From assembly GCA_043817235.1 (NCBI GenBank), contig JBDRHA010000011.1, positions 260,622 through 324,621 on the forward strand: a DNA stretch of 64,000 bases, given 5' to 3'. Below are positions 37,422 through 47,687 of this stretch, in pieces; position 1 is the first letter of the stretch, and each line of letters begins with the position of its first letter. The DNA comes from Candidatus Shapirobacteria bacterium. GTDB lineage: Bacteria; Patescibacteriota; Microgenomatia; UBA12405; BS750m-G30. The notes beneath the pieces were generated by a model. The model worked only from the letters and a program-made list of their open reading frames with translations, made no database searches and was not told where the DNA came from. A program made the position numbers and the translations under genes.

Positions 37422-38627
37422 GTGAAGAAGTTATGGCTTTTTGTTAAAACCAGCTTTATTCTTAAGTTTTCTATTTTTGTTACTTTAGCTTCCACCGTTA
37501 CCTTAATTTATTTTGGCCGCTATTGGCAGCTAAAAATGGAAACTAGCGCTAAAGAATTAATTGATAGTGCTTTGCAAACCCGGTTGGAAAGCCAACTGGG
37601 TCAGGTGAGCCAATCTTTAGAAGATCTGAAAAACCAAGATCAATACGTGATTAACCAAGAGCTAACAGAGCAGATTGGCCAGATAGAGGCTGCCTATGGG
37701 CAAACAGTGAAAGCTTATGAAGATTTGCTGGATTTAAAATCTTCGCTTAGAAAAGCAGAAGATGTAGAGGGTTTATTTGCTAAAACTTTAAGTTTTTTGG
37801 CTCAAGGAAATTATGCCTCAGCAAGCGGGGAACTAAAAAAGCTTAACAGTGCTATTTTGCAGGAAAAAGAAAAATTAGCCACCGCCAGCATTGTTCTTCC
37901 CCCTTCGGCTCTGGTAATTAATCAGCCGCCCGCCTCATCGGTCGGCCACCAGCGCCAAGCTGTGAGCACGGACCAAGGTAATTTTTTAGTGGATATTATT
38001 AGCGCTGACCTTAATTCTGTCCGAGTGGCTGTAGATACGGCTTCGGCTTCCGATTGTTTTAACGATTGTCCAGTTTTATCTTTAGCGGATTATGTGGCTC
38101 GCAATGGGGCTTTTGCCGGAGTTAACGGTACATATTTTTGCCCGGCCTCTTATCCTAGCTGTGCGGGCAAAACTAATACTTTTGATTTGCTAGTGATGAA
38201 TAAAAATAAATATTATTTTAATTCCGATAATAATGTTTATAGCAATAATCCGGCAGTAATTTTTTCCAATGGGAGCGCGCGCTTTGTGACGACCGCTTCT
38301 CAGTGGGGTCGAGATACTTCAGTGGACGCGGTAATCTCTAATTTTCCCTTGCTGGTTTTTAACAACAATATTGCTTTTGATGGAGACACAGATGCTAAGC
38401 AATTGGCTCGGGGAAACAGAAGCTTTGTGGCCAATATTGGCAGCACGGTTTATATTGGTGTGGTTCATAATGCAACTGTGGTCCAGTCAGCCAAAGTGCT
38501 GGAGACAATGGGAATGAATAATGCTCTTAATTTAGATAACGGCGGGTCCACAGCCTTATGGTATTCAGGCTACAAAGTCGGCCCAGGCCGCAATCTTCCC
38601 AACGCTGTTTTGCTAATAAGAAAGTAA
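37422..38627 (+). CDS. Phosphodiester glycosidase family protein (NAGPA-like, DUF2233) with N-terminal TM and coiled coil
   Basis: C-terminal LNLDNGGSTALWYSGYKVGPGRNLPNAVLL matches the phosphodiester glycosidase family signature. Secreted or anchored. Confidence 0.6.
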   Translation: MKKLWLFVKTSFILKFSIFVTLASTVTLIYFGRYWQLKMETSAKELIDSALQTRLESQLGQVSQSLEDLKNQDQYVINQELTEQIGQIEAAYGQTVKAYEDLLDLKSSLRKAEDVEGLFAKTLSFLAQGNYASASGELKKLNSAILQEKEKLATASIVLPPSALVINQPPASSVGHQRQAVSTDQGNFLVDIISADLNSVRVAVDTASASDCFNDCPVLSLADYVARNGAFAGVNGTYFCPASYPSCAGKTNTFDLLVMNKNKYYFNSDNNVYSNNPAVIFSNGSARFVTTASQWGRDTSVDAVISNFPLLVFNNNIAFDGDTDAKQLARGNRSFVANIGSTVYIGVVHNATVVQSAKVLETMGMNNALNLDNGGSTALWYSGYKVGPGRNLPNAVLLIRK

Positions 38628-38650
38628 AAAGCAACGCATTTGACGCTTTC

Positions 38651-38680
38651 TTGACAATTATAGGACGAAAAATGTAAAAT
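38651..38680 (+). promoter_or_regulatory. Candidate sigma-70 promoter for the glycan operon
   Basis: TTGACA (38651-38656), then an 18-nt spacer including TG, then TAAAAT (38675-38680). This is an extended -10. It lies 87 nt upstream of the 38767 start. Confidence 0.35.
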
Positions 38681-38766
38681 AATCCTGTTCGTCTGCCCAG
38701 CCTGAAACAGAAATTTTTATATCTGTAGCGGTTGGGTTTTTTTATTTCTTTAAAAAATAGAGCAGG

Positions 38767-41700
38767 ATGGCAAAGCTAGACACTATTGTACGGATTAAGC
38801 CAAAAGCTAAAAATTCGGTGATTGGAGCGGGTGTAATTTACCAAAAAAAACGCTTCATTACCCATAACCAGCTTTCTTATCGCCAATCAGCCCTAAAAAC
38901 TTTTTATCCGAGGCAAAAGATCTTTTTGTTTTTAGTGGCGGGAATAATTGGGCTGGGCTTAGTAGCCAATACTCGGTTAACCGCTATGGCTGTAGTGGCC
39001 TTTTTGAGCCTGGTTTATTTTCTTGACTTTATTTTTAGCCTATATGTTCTTTTAAAAAGTCTTCATTTTCCTCCGGAAATTAAGGCCAGCCGGAAAGAGT
39101 TAAAGGCGCTTAAAAATAGCGAGCTTCCGATTTATTCTATTTTATGCCCACTTTATCAAGAGGCAACAATTCTTCCCCATTTTCTTAAGGCGATAGAAAA
39201 AACAGACTGGCCCAAAAACAAACTTGAGGTTCTTTTTCTTTTAGAAGAGAATGACAAACAAACTCAAGAGGCGGCGGATAAACTGAATCTTCCTTCTTAT
39301 GTGCGAACGATAATTGTTCCCGATTCTCAGCCAAAAACTAAGCCGAAGGCCTGCAATTATGGACTAGCAAAAGCAAAAGGTGAATATATAGTTGTTTATG
39401 ACGCTGAAGATAAACCAGACCCTTTGCAGCTTAAAAAAGCCTATCTTGCTTTTGCCAAACTCGGCCGGAAGTTTTGCTGCCTTCAATCTAAGCTGAATTA
39501 CTACAACACTAATCAAAATTTGCTAACTAAGCTTTTTACCGCGGAATACTCTCTTTGGTTCGATTTAATTTTGCCTGGTCTCCAGTCAATTGAATCAATA
39601 ATTCCTCTTGGTGGAACGAGTAATCATTTTAGAACTAAGGATTTAAAAAAACTTCAGGGCTGGGACCCGTTCAACGTTACAGAAGACTGCGACTTGGGAG
39701 TTCGTATTTTTAAGTCAGGGTACAAAACAGGCCTGATTGACTCTACTACCTATGAGGAGGCAAACAGCAATGTTAAAAGCTGGTTAAGACAACGTTCGCG
39801 CTGGATTAAGGGCTATTTGCAAACCTATCTGGTGCATATGCGAGACCCGGCCGAGTTTTTTAAAAATCATGGTGTTCAGGCTCTAGTTTTTCAGCTAGTG
39901 ATAGGAATGAGGATGATCTTTATTCTTATTAATCCTATCCTCTGGTTGACAACTATTTTGTATTTCACTGCCTACAGATTGGTTGGCCCAGTGATAGAAA
40001 GTCTTTACCCTGCTCCCATTTTTTATCTTGCGGTTATCTCGTTGGTTTTAGGAAATTTTATTCATTTATATAACTATATGATTGGCTGTGCTAAGCGGAA
40101 ACATTGGAATATTATAAAATTTGTTTTTTTGATACCCGCCTACTGGGCGATGACTGGCATATCGGCAGGTATTGCTGTCTATCAATTATTTGCCAAACCT
40201 TACTTCTGGGAAAAGACCCATCACGGATTACATCTTCAAACAAATAAAAGAGCCTTTAGGCTTTTTGACGAGCTGAAAAGGTTATGGGTTTTGCCGAAGA
40301 ACAATTTTGCCACAGGAGGTGTTTTGGTAGCCGCTTCTGTTTTAGCGAATTTTTTTAATTTTCTTTACAATGCCTACCTGGGCAGAAAAATTAATCTTAG
40401 CGAGTTTGGATCAGTTAGTTTAATGGGAAGCTTCCTTTACTTATTCCAAATCCCGATGGGAGCTTTAGAGACAACAATCACTAATAGAAGCGCTTATCTT
40501 TTTGGCCGGTATAAAAGGCCTGTTTTAGGGTTTTGGAATTACGTTCGCAAAAATTCAGCTAAGATTTCTCTGGCTGCCGTTGGCCTTTGGCTGCTAGGGT
40601 CTCCGGCAATGGCAAAATTTTTCCGAGTTGATAGTTTGATTCCTTTTCTCTTATTTGCTCCAGTTTGGTTTGTCGGAACCATTATGACTGTTGACCTAAG
40701 TTATCTTATGGGAAACTTAAGATTCGCGGTGATTGCCGGCATTACTGTTGTTGAGGCTTTGTCTAAGCTGCTGCTGGCGATATTTTTTGTGAAAATAGGA
40801 AAGACTCAATGGGTTTATGCCGCTCTGCCCCTTTCCATAACTTTAGCCTTTTTAGCAGCAGACATGGCGGCTAAAAAGCTTAAAGCGAGGAAAGTGCCAA
40901 AAATGCAAGCGAATTTACTCTATTTTCCGAAACGATTTTTTGCTTCTTCTCTGCTTTTAGGCCTATCCTCAGTTGCTTTTTTAAGCTTTGATCTTATTTT
41001 GGCCAAACACTTTTTAAGCCCGCAAGCGGCCGGAGAATATGCTCTTTTGTCACTTATCGGCAAAATGGTTTTTCTGGCAGGGTCTCTCTTTCTTAGATTT
41101 ATTAACCCCTTGGTTAGCCGCCAAGAAGGAGAAAATGAGGACGCTAGTAAAGTATTTTATCAACTGCTTTTAGTTACCATGGCAATCAGCATGGTCGGAT
41201 GGGCGGCAGTAGGGCTGTTGGGCAGATTCACCGTTCCTCTTCTTTTTGGCTCAGAAGCAAAGAGCATTGTTTATCTGCTCCCTGTTTATACAATGGCAAT
41301 GGCCAACTTTGCGATGGGCAGCTCTTTTGTTCTTTATCATCAGGCCAGGAAGCATTGCTCATTTTCTTTTGTTAGTCTTTTTATTGCCTTGGCTCAGGTT
41401 TTGGCTATTGTAATTTATCACAATGATATTCAGGCCATTGTTAAAGTTGTTGCGGTTACAGGATTAGTCTATTTTGCTTTTGTTGTCCTTTTTCATTTTA
41501 TCTATGACTTTTTTAGCACTTTCAGCCAAGCGCCAGTAGTTTTTGAGAACAAGGGGAATAAGCTTAGAATCTTGATTTTAAACTGGCGGGACACGAAACA
41601 TGTTTGGGCCGGCGGAGCGGAAGTTTATGTTCACGAGTTAGCTAAAAGATGGGTAGCGAAAGGCCATGAGGTTACTGTTTTTTGCAGTAATGATGGCCAG

Positions 41701-42705
41701 TCTAGGCGAGATGAGATAATTGACGGTGTTCAGATTGTCAGGCGCGGAGGTTTTTATCTGGTTTACTTCTGGGCCTTTTTATACTATGTTTTTAAGTTTA
41801 AAAACCAATGTGATATTATAGTTGATTCTGAAAACGGAATTCCTTTCTTTTCCCCGCTATATGTTAAGCAGCCTGTTATTGGCCTAGTTCATCATGTGCA
41901 CCAGGAGATTATTTTAAAAGAGCTAAAGCTTAAAAAGTGGCTTTTGCCGGTTGCTTTTGTGGCTAAGCAGCTAGAGTCTAAACTAATGCCGGTGGTTTAC
42001 AAGAATTCGCAAATGATCACAGTTTCTGATTCGTCAAAAGACGATATGGAAAAAATTGGCCTTGGGAAAAGCCTTCCTGTAAAAATTGTTCATCCGGGAG
42101 TGGATTTATCTTTGCTAAAACCAACCCAAAAAACAAAAAATCCAACTGTGCTTTATCTTGGCCGGCTTAAAGCCTACAAGTCAATAGATGTTTTGATTAA
42201 AGCAGTTTCTAACTTATTGCCGAGCATTCCTGATCTTGAGCTTAAAATTGCCGGCTTTGGCGATGATCGAAAAAATCTTGAGAAGCTAACTAAAACTTTG
42301 AGAATAGAGAAGCATGTTAAGTTTTTGGGTAAAGTAACGGAAAAAAATAAGATAAAATTACTAGGCAGCTCGTGGGTTTTCGCTTACCCTTCCACTATGG
42401 AGGGCTGGGGAATATCAGCAATAGAAGCCAACGCCTGTGGCACGCCAGTGGTTGCTTTTAACGTTCCGGGCTTAAGAGATTCAGTTCATAATCCAGAATC
42501 GGGCTTTTTGGTTAAAAAGGGAGATCTTGAGGGCTACAAGAGAACAATTGGCTTATTAGTGGCAGATGAAAAACTGCGAAAACGGTTGGGAAAGGGCTCT
42601 GTGCTTTGGGCAAGCAGGTTTAGCTGGAATACTAGTGCCGATGATTTTCTTCGCATAATTAATAAAGCAGTTGATCAGAATAAGTTTAATAAAAAGGAAA
42701 GATGA
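38767..42705 (+). CDS. 1312-aa triple-fusion protein: processive GT2 synthase-like glycosyltransferase + MOP/Wzx-type flippase domain + C-terminal GT4 glycosyltransferase
   Basis: GT2 part: DAEDKPD (DxD), TEDCDLGVR, and QRSRWIKG, the QxxRW motif of processive synthases, flanked by TM helices. Middle: about 12 TM PST/Wzx-like region (GGVLVAASVLANFFNFLYNAYLGRKINLSEFG...). C-terminal: GT4 (RILILNWRDTKHVWAGGAEVYVHELAKRWVAKGHEVTVFC ... YPSTMEGWGISAIEANACGTPVVAF). Confidence 0.8.
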   Translation: MAKLDTIVRIKPKAKNSVIGAGVIYQKKRFITHNQLSYRQSALKTFYPRQKIFLFLVAGIIGLGLVANTRLTAMAVVAFLSLVYFLDFIFSLYVLLKSLHFPPEIKASRKELKALKNSELPIYSILCPLYQEATILPHFLKAIEKTDWPKNKLEVLFLLEENDKQTQEAADKLNLPSYVRTIIVPDSQPKTKPKACNYGLAKAKGEYIVVYDAEDKPDPLQLKKAYLAFAKLGRKFCCLQSKLNYYNTNQNLLTKLFTAEYSLWFDLILPGLQSIESIIPLGGTSNHFRTKDLKKLQGWDPFNVTEDCDLGVRIFKSGYKTGLIDSTTYEEANSNVKSWLRQRSRWIKGYLQTYLVHMRDPAEFFKNHGVQALVFQLVIGMRMIFILINPILWLTTILYFTAYRLVGPVIESLYPAPIFYLAVISLVLGNFIHLYNYMIGCAKRKHWNIIKFVFLIPAYWAMTGISAGIAVYQLFAKPYFWEKTHHGLHLQTNKRAFRLFDELKRLWVLPKNNFATGGVLVAASVLANFFNFLYNAYLGRKINLSEFGSVSLMGSFLYLFQIPMGALETTITNRSAYLFGRYKRPVLGFWNYVRKNSAKISLAAVGLWLLGSPAMAKFFRVDSLIPFLLFAPVWFVGTIMTVDLSYLMGNLRFAVIAGITVVEALSKLLLAIFFVKIGKTQWVYAALPLSITLAFLAADMAAKKLKARKVPKMQANLLYFPKRFFASSLLLGLSSVAFLSFDLILAKHFLSPQAAGEYALLSLIGKMVFLAGSLFLRFINPLVSRQEGENEDASKVFYQLLLVTMAISMVGWAAVGLLGRFTVPLLFGSEAKSIVYLLPVYTMAMANFAMGSSFVLYHQARKHCSFSFVSLFIALAQVLAIVIYHNDIQAIVKVVAVTGLVYFAFVVLFHFIYDFFSTFSQAPVVFENKGNKLRILILNWRDTKHVWAGGAEVYVHELAKRWVAKGHEVTVFCSNDGQSRRDEIIDGVQIVRRGGFYLVYFWAFLYYVFKFKNQCDIIVDSENGIPFFSPLYVKQPVIGLVHHVHQEIILKELKLKKWLLPVAFVAKQLESKLMPVVYKNSQMITVSDSSKDDMEKIGLGKSLPVKIVHPGVDLSLLKPTQKTKNPTVLYLGRLKAYKSIDVLIKAVSNLLPSIPDLELKIAGFGDDRKNLEKLTKTLRIEKHVKFLGKVTEKNKIKLLGSSWVFAYPSTMEGWGISAIEANACGTPVVAFNVPGLRDSVHNPESGFLVKKGDLEGYKRTIGLLVADEKLRKRLGKGSVLWASRFSWNTSADDFLRIINKAVDQNKFNKKER

Positions 42706-44141
42706 AAAAAATAAAATTGCGGCTAATAAATTTTCTAAAAAGAAACAAAATATTATTTGTGCTTTCGCTTAGTGCAGTATTAATTATTGTGGGAATTTTG
42801 GGCCATAGCTATGAGCTTGATGAGGCTTTTAGCATATTTGTATCTCGAGATTGGAGGCGAATGTTTGGAATTTTGTGGCATCAAGAGGCCAATATGTGGT
42901 TTTATTATATTTTGCTCCATTTTTGGCAGCGCTTAGGAACCAGCGAAATTATCATCAGAAGCCTGTCGGCAATTTTTGCCTTAATGGCGGCTGGGGTCAG
43001 TTATAAAATTGCAGAATACTTATTTGATAAGAAAACAGCAATCTTGGCCAGTTTACTCCTTATTTTTAATATGTATTTTATTTTTTATGCCCAGCAAGCA
43101 AGAAGCTATTCCCTTGCCCTTTTTCTAACGTGTCTTTCTTCTTGCTCGTATCTTTGCTATTTAAAGGAAGGAAAGCATAAATTGCTTTATATTTTCTCAA
43201 CTGCCTTGGCTTTTTATGCTCATTTTTATACTTTACTAGTATTAGCAGCTCAGGTGTTTGTGTCTTTACTTCAAAGAAAATTTAAAAAGTTGATTCCTGT
43301 TTATTTTTGGATTGGTTTTTTGCTGCTTCCTGCACTTATCGCTCCATCTTTCTTGAGCCATCAAGTTGATTGGGAAAAGAGACCTCTTTTTGCTAGCCTG
43401 CTTGGAACAGTTTTTGCATTATCGGGGGACTTTATCCTTTTATGCTTGGTATTCGCCCTATTGTTTTTTAAGAATTATAGGTTTCTTTTTAAGCATTACA
43501 GGAAATTTGAAGTTGATTTCTTGGGCAGTTGGCTAATATTTCCGATAATCCTATCTTTTGCCTTTTCTTGGCTGTTTAAGCCAGTTTATCAATCTGTATA
43601 CTTTCTTATTTGTTTGCCTCCATTTGCAATTTTATCAGCTATATATTTAAGGAATATTCCAAGTCATTTGATTAGGAAACTAGTAATAATCTTGATAATG
43701 GGTTTATCATGGATACGCTTGTCTTTTTGGTACACTAAAAATGAAAGTTTTAGGTCAGTTTTTAACAATAACCCTGAAGATTGGAAATCTTTAGTTAATT
43801 ACGTAGAAACTAATTCTACCGAAGCAGATGCAGTAATTTTTTATGGTTATTATAATCATTTTCCTTTTGAGTTGTATTCTGCAAGCAGCAATCTAAAATT
43901 GATCGAAATATCTTCAGGCTCATACGCAATTGGCCCAAGGCTTCCAGGGCCAAATAAAGAATTGATTTCTCAATTTGAATACCCGGGTGTTTGGCTAGTT
44001 TTGAGGAATGCTGACAAGAGTGCCGTAGACTATTCTTCAAGCTTGGATGAGATTATGTCTGGCTTGAGTTATAAATATCAGATTAGCATAAAAACTGAAT
44101 TTCCGGAACTAGAAGTAATTTTGTACGTTAGGAAAGATTAA
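42702..44141 (+). CDS. GT-C fold membrane glycosyltransferase (PMT/ArnT-like, polyprenyl-phosphate-sugar dependent)
   Basis: About 11 TM helices with the first-loop acidic motif YELDEAFSIFVSRDW characteristic of GT39/GT83 (PMT_2) enzymes. C-terminal soluble domain. Confidence 0.6.
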   Translation: MKKIKLRLINFLKRNKILFVLSLSAVLIIVGILGHSYELDEAFSIFVSRDWRRMFGILWHQEANMWFYYILLHFWQRLGTSEIIIRSLSAIFALMAAGVSYKIAEYLFDKKTAILASLLLIFNMYFIFYAQQARSYSLALFLTCLSSCSYLCYLKEGKHKLLYIFSTALAFYAHFYTLLVLAAQVFVSLLQRKFKKLIPVYFWIGFLLLPALIAPSFLSHQVDWEKRPLFASLLGTVFALSGDFILLCLVFALLFFKNYRFLFKHYRKFEVDFLGSWLIFPIILSFAFSWLFKPVYQSVYFLICLPPFAILSAIYLRNIPSHLIRKLVIILIMGLSWIRLSFWYTKNESFRSVFNNNPEDWKSLVNYVETNSTEADAVIFYGYYNHFPFELYSASSNLKLIEISSGSYAIGPRLPGPNKELISQFEYPGVWLVLRNADKSAVDYSSSLDEIMSGLSYKYQISIKTEFPELEVILYVRKD

Positions 44142-44145
44142 AACT

Positions 44146-45039
44146 ATGAATAAAAAACTAAGTGTTATGGTTGCTATTCCGGCTTGGAACGAAGAAAAAA
44201 CAATTATTGATTTGCTTCGTTCGGTCAAGTTTCAGAAACAAACCCAATATCGGCTTGATTCTGTTTGGGTTTATTCGGACGGAAGCACTGATCAAACCGT
44301 TTCTTTGGTAAAGAAAAATTTTCCCGAGGTGAAAATAGTTGATGGAAAGAGAAACCTGGGCAAGAACGCCGGAGTCAACCAAATCATGAAGGGTAATAAA
44401 AGTGATATTTTAATTCAAATTGACGCTGATATAACAATTAAGAACAAAAAGACTTTTGATTATTTATTGGCTCCTTTTATTAAAGACGATAAAGTTGGCC
44501 TTGTCTGTGCTTATCACCTGGCCAATACGCCAAGCACTTTTATAGGAGAACTTTCTTATTTTGGTTTTCGAGTTTGGGACCGGGCTAGAAATAGCTTAGG
44601 GAGGCGGGGCATTAGATACTATTGCGAAGGAGGGTTAAGGGCTTTTTCCAAAGAATTTGCCAAAAACTTTCGTTTGCCGACAAACAAATATATTGGAGAG
44701 GATTCGTATAGCTTTTATTATGCCGTCAAAAATGGTTTTAAGGTGGCAGTAAGCAAAAGAGCAAGGGCTTATCTTGACTTGGCCGATAATTATCAAGATT
44801 ATGTTAAACAAATGAAGCGCTTTCTTCTTGATCCCAAGGATATGCCCAAGGCTTTTGGCAAAAACTTGACTGATAGATTTGAAACAATGACGCTAAGAGC
44901 GAGATTAAAAGCACTTATTTCTGAGTTGGCTAAAAGCCCCTGGTCGGGCCTTTTCTATCTTGTGTTGCAAGCGGCAACCAAGATGGCTGCTCTATTTTAT
45001 AAGTCGCAAAACTCTTGGGTACCGATTAAAAGGAAATGA
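44146..45039 (+). CDS. Glycosyltransferase family 2
   Basis: LSVMVAIPAWNEEKTIIDLLRSV N-terminus. DGSTD and QIDADI (DxD) motifs. Confidence 0.8.
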   Translation: MNKKLSVMVAIPAWNEEKTIIDLLRSVKFQKQTQYRLDSVWVYSDGSTDQTVSLVKKNFPEVKIVDGKRNLGKNAGVNQIMKGNKSDILIQIDADITIKNKKTFDYLLAPFIKDDKVGLVCAYHLANTPSTFIGELSYFGFRVWDRARNSLGRRGIRYYCEGGLRAFSKEFAKNFRLPTNKYIGEDSYSFYYAVKNGFKVAVSKRARAYLDLADNYQDYVKQMKRFLLDPKDMPKAFGKNLTDRFETMTLRARLKALISELAKSPWSGLFYLVLQAATKMAALFYKSQNSWVPIKRK

Positions 45040-45851
45040 ATATAAAAAAAAAGTTTTCCATCCGGTTATTTTTATTCTTTCTTAAGCTGGCTTCTTTAGC
45101 AGATAAAATCTCGGGAAGATTCTTTATTAAGAGTTATGACCTGGTCTTTTGCTATCACAATATTACCAATGATTCTTGGGAATATAGCGTAGGAGTAAAT
45201 CAATTTGCCAAACAGATTAATTACTTAAAGAAAAATTTTGAAATTGTAAGTTTATCAGAACTGGTTGCTAATAAGAAAAAAGGAAAGAGGGCGAGGGCTG
45301 TAATTACTTTTGATGATGGATTTTTAGGCGTGTTAAACAACGCCTTTCCTATTTTGGAAAAAAACGGTTTAAGAGCCGCCGTCTTTGTTACCGGAGAAAA
45401 GAATTTAAAAATTAGCAAAGAGTCAGGTTGCCGGCTAATGAATAAAAAGGAAATTGAGAGGCTAGCTTCTTTTGGCTGGGAAATTGGGTATCATACGCGA
45501 TCTCATAAAAACTTGGCCAGTTTGCCCTTTGGTAAACTAAAAAATGAAATAACTCCCCCGACTCAATTTGAGTATTTGGCCTATCCTTATGGCCAATATA
45601 ATAAAGAAGTATTGGCCCAAGCTAAAAAAGCTGGGTATAGGGCTGCTTTTACCACCGACGGAGGGGCGGCAACTAGTTTAAAAAATATTTATGCTATTCC
45701 TCGGATTACTATTAGTAATTTTCTTAATTTAGAGGAATTCAGGTCATTGCTCACGCCCACTGGTGTTTTTGCCAACTATCTTTTTGTTAGCTTATGGAAA
45801 GTTAAAGATAAGCTTGGGGAGAACTTGCTATGGAAAAAAGAAACAAGATAA
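45036..45851 (+). CDS. Polysaccharide deacetylase (NodB/CE4 domain)
   Basis: VITFDDGF (TFDDG motif) and GWEIGYHTRSHKNL (His motif). Confidence 0.8.
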   Translation: MNIKKKFSIRLFLFFLKLASLADKISGRFFIKSYDLVFCYHNITNDSWEYSVGVNQFAKQINYLKKNFEIVSLSELVANKKKGKRARAVITFDDGFLGVLNNAFPILEKNGLRAAVFVTGEKNLKISKESGCRLMNKKEIERLASFGWEIGYHTRSHKNLASLPFGKLKNEITPPTQFEYLAYPYGQYNKEVLAQAKKAGYRAAFTTDGGAATSLKNIYAIPRITISNFLNLEEFRSLLTPTGVFANYLFVSLWKVKDKLGENLLWKKETR

Positions 45852-46939
45852 TTATTTCTACCTATGACGATATCAAAAACCCCGATTATGGCGGAGGAGG
45901 AGCAATAGCTTTGCACGAGATTGCCAAAAGACTAAAAGACGAATATGCAATTACAGTGTTTAGCTGGAATCATTCCGGCATTAGGAGCGAGATTATTGAC
46001 GGGGTTGCCTATCAAAGAGTGGGCTGGAAATTCATAAACCCCAAAATGGCCATGTTTATTTTTCAAGTAACGCTTCCGCTTTGGACTATTTTAAAAAAAT
46101 ACAATATTTGGTTTGAGAATTTTGGCCCGCCGTTCACCACCAGTTTTTCGCCAATTTTTACCAAAAAAAAGATTATTGGCATTGTCCATATGCTGGCCGC
46201 CGAGGACATGAAGAGAAAATATAAACTGCCCTTTGAGCCAATAGAAAATTTTGGGATAAAAAAATATAAAAAAATTATCACTACAAGCGAAAAGATAAAA
46301 GAGAAAATATTAACTGTTGCCCCTAAGTCAAAAGTTGCTGTAATTGGCAATGGTATTGAAAAGATTACTCATGTTAGGAAAAAGCGATCAAAAGTAATCT
46401 TGTATTTGGGAAGAATTGAAGTAGATCAAAAAGGGCTAGACCTTTTAGTCTCTGCTTTTAAAAAGTTTCTTGAGCTTAGTGGAAAAAAATTTAGGCTTAT
46501 AATTGCCGGATCAGGGAACAAGAGAGAAGTGTCTAGGTTAAAGCAAATAGTGAAAGAAAATCAGCTGGAAAAAAGAATTAAGCTAACAGGAAGAATTAAC
46601 GGAAAAGAAAAAGAAAAGCTGCTTGAAAAATCAGCAGTAATGGCTGTTTCTTCTAGATTTGAAACTTTTTCTATGGTTGCCCTTGAGGCCATGGCTCACG
46701 GATTACCAATAGTGAGCTTTGACATTGATGGCTTAAAATGGACTCCAAAAAAGGCTTGCCTGAAAGTTTCTGCCTATGATCCAGATGAATTTGCCAAAAG
46801 CTTAGCCAAAATCCTTAGCAGTAAAACCCTGGCGAATAAAATGGCTTTAAAAGGAAGGGGATATGCAGGTAATTTTACCTGGGACAAGATCGCTCAAAAA
46901 TATAGTTTATACATAAAAAAGGTTTTAAACAATGGATAA
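45830..46939 (+). CDS. Glycosyltransferase family 4
   Basis: C-terminal RFETFSMVALEAMAHGLPIVSFDIDGL (E-x7-E region). GT-B architecture. Confidence 0.8.
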   Translation: MEKRNKIIISTYDDIKNPDYGGGGAIALHEIAKRLKDEYAITVFSWNHSGIRSEIIDGVAYQRVGWKFINPKMAMFIFQVTLPLWTILKKYNIWFENFGPPFTTSFSPIFTKKKIIGIVHMLAAEDMKRKYKLPFEPIENFGIKKYKKIITTSEKIKEKILTVAPKSKVAVIGNGIEKITHVRKKRSKVILYLGRIEVDQKGLDLLVSAFKKFLELSGKKFRLIIAGSGNKREVSRLKQIVKENQLEKRIKLTGRINGKEKEKLLEKSAVMAVSSRFETFSMVALEAMAHGLPIVSFDIDGLKWTPKKACLKVSAYDPDEFAKSLAKILSSKTLANKMALKGRGYAGNFTWDKIAQKYSLYIKKVLNNG

Positions 46940-47684
46940 GCTACTAAGAAAGATAGTAAAAGAAAAAGGGGATTGTGTTTTTGTTTCTCCTCATCTTGAT
47001 GACGCAATCTTGTCTTGCGGTTCTGTATTATTAAATTTAAAAGGCAAAAAGGACGCAGTGATAATTAATGTTTTTACCAGAGCTCACAAGGGGCCTTATA
47101 CTGTATCCGCCCAAAAGTTTTTAGACAGTTGCGGCAACTACCAAGACGCGACAAAATTATATGAAAAAAGAATTAAAGAAGACAAAATTGTTTTATCTAA
47201 GCTGAAAGTGAAGATCATCAATCTTGGGCTACAGGATGCTTTGTTCAGAAGAAAAAAACGATTGACTCTGCTGGGTAAATTTATCCCTGAGCTTGATCAT
47301 CTTTACCCTACTTACAGGTGGCACGCTATTAAATCTGTATCGCCAAAAGATTGGGCCTTGTCTGATCTTGGTGATGCTCTCAAGAAGATAGTTAAGAGTG
47401 ACGCGGTAGTTTTTGCGCCTTTGGGCATTGGCAATCATGCGGATCACCAAATAGCTAACAAGGCTTGCCAGAAAGTATTTAAGAAAATAGTTTTTTATTC
47501 TGATTTTCCGTATAGTGTTTATATAAAAGAGAACGGTCTATTTACAAAAAAGAACTATAAAAAAATACTCAAAAAAACTAGCGTCAAAAAAAATGAGCTG
47601 ATTAAGCTTTATCAAAGTCAGTTTTCAAGCTTATTTCCGAGCGGGAAAATTCCTCAGCACGAAGAGGTTTACTATATTAAATAA
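46932..47684 (+). CDS. PIG-L/LmbE-family N-acetylglucosaminyl deacetylase
   Basis: VFVSPHLDDAILSCGS and HADHQIANKA zinc-binding motifs. Confidence 0.8.
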   Translation: MDKLLRKIVKEKGDCVFVSPHLDDAILSCGSVLLNLKGKKDAVIINVFTRAHKGPYTVSAQKFLDSCGNYQDATKLYEKRIKEDKIVLSKLKVKIINLGLQDALFRRKKRLTLLGKFIPELDHLYPTYRWHAIKSVSPKDWALSDLGDALKKIVKSDAVVFAPLGIGNHADHQIANKACQKVFKKIVFYSDFPYSVYIKENGLFTKKNYKKILKKTSVKKNELIKLYQSQFSSLFPSGKIPQHEEVYYIK

Positions 47685-47687
47685 ATT

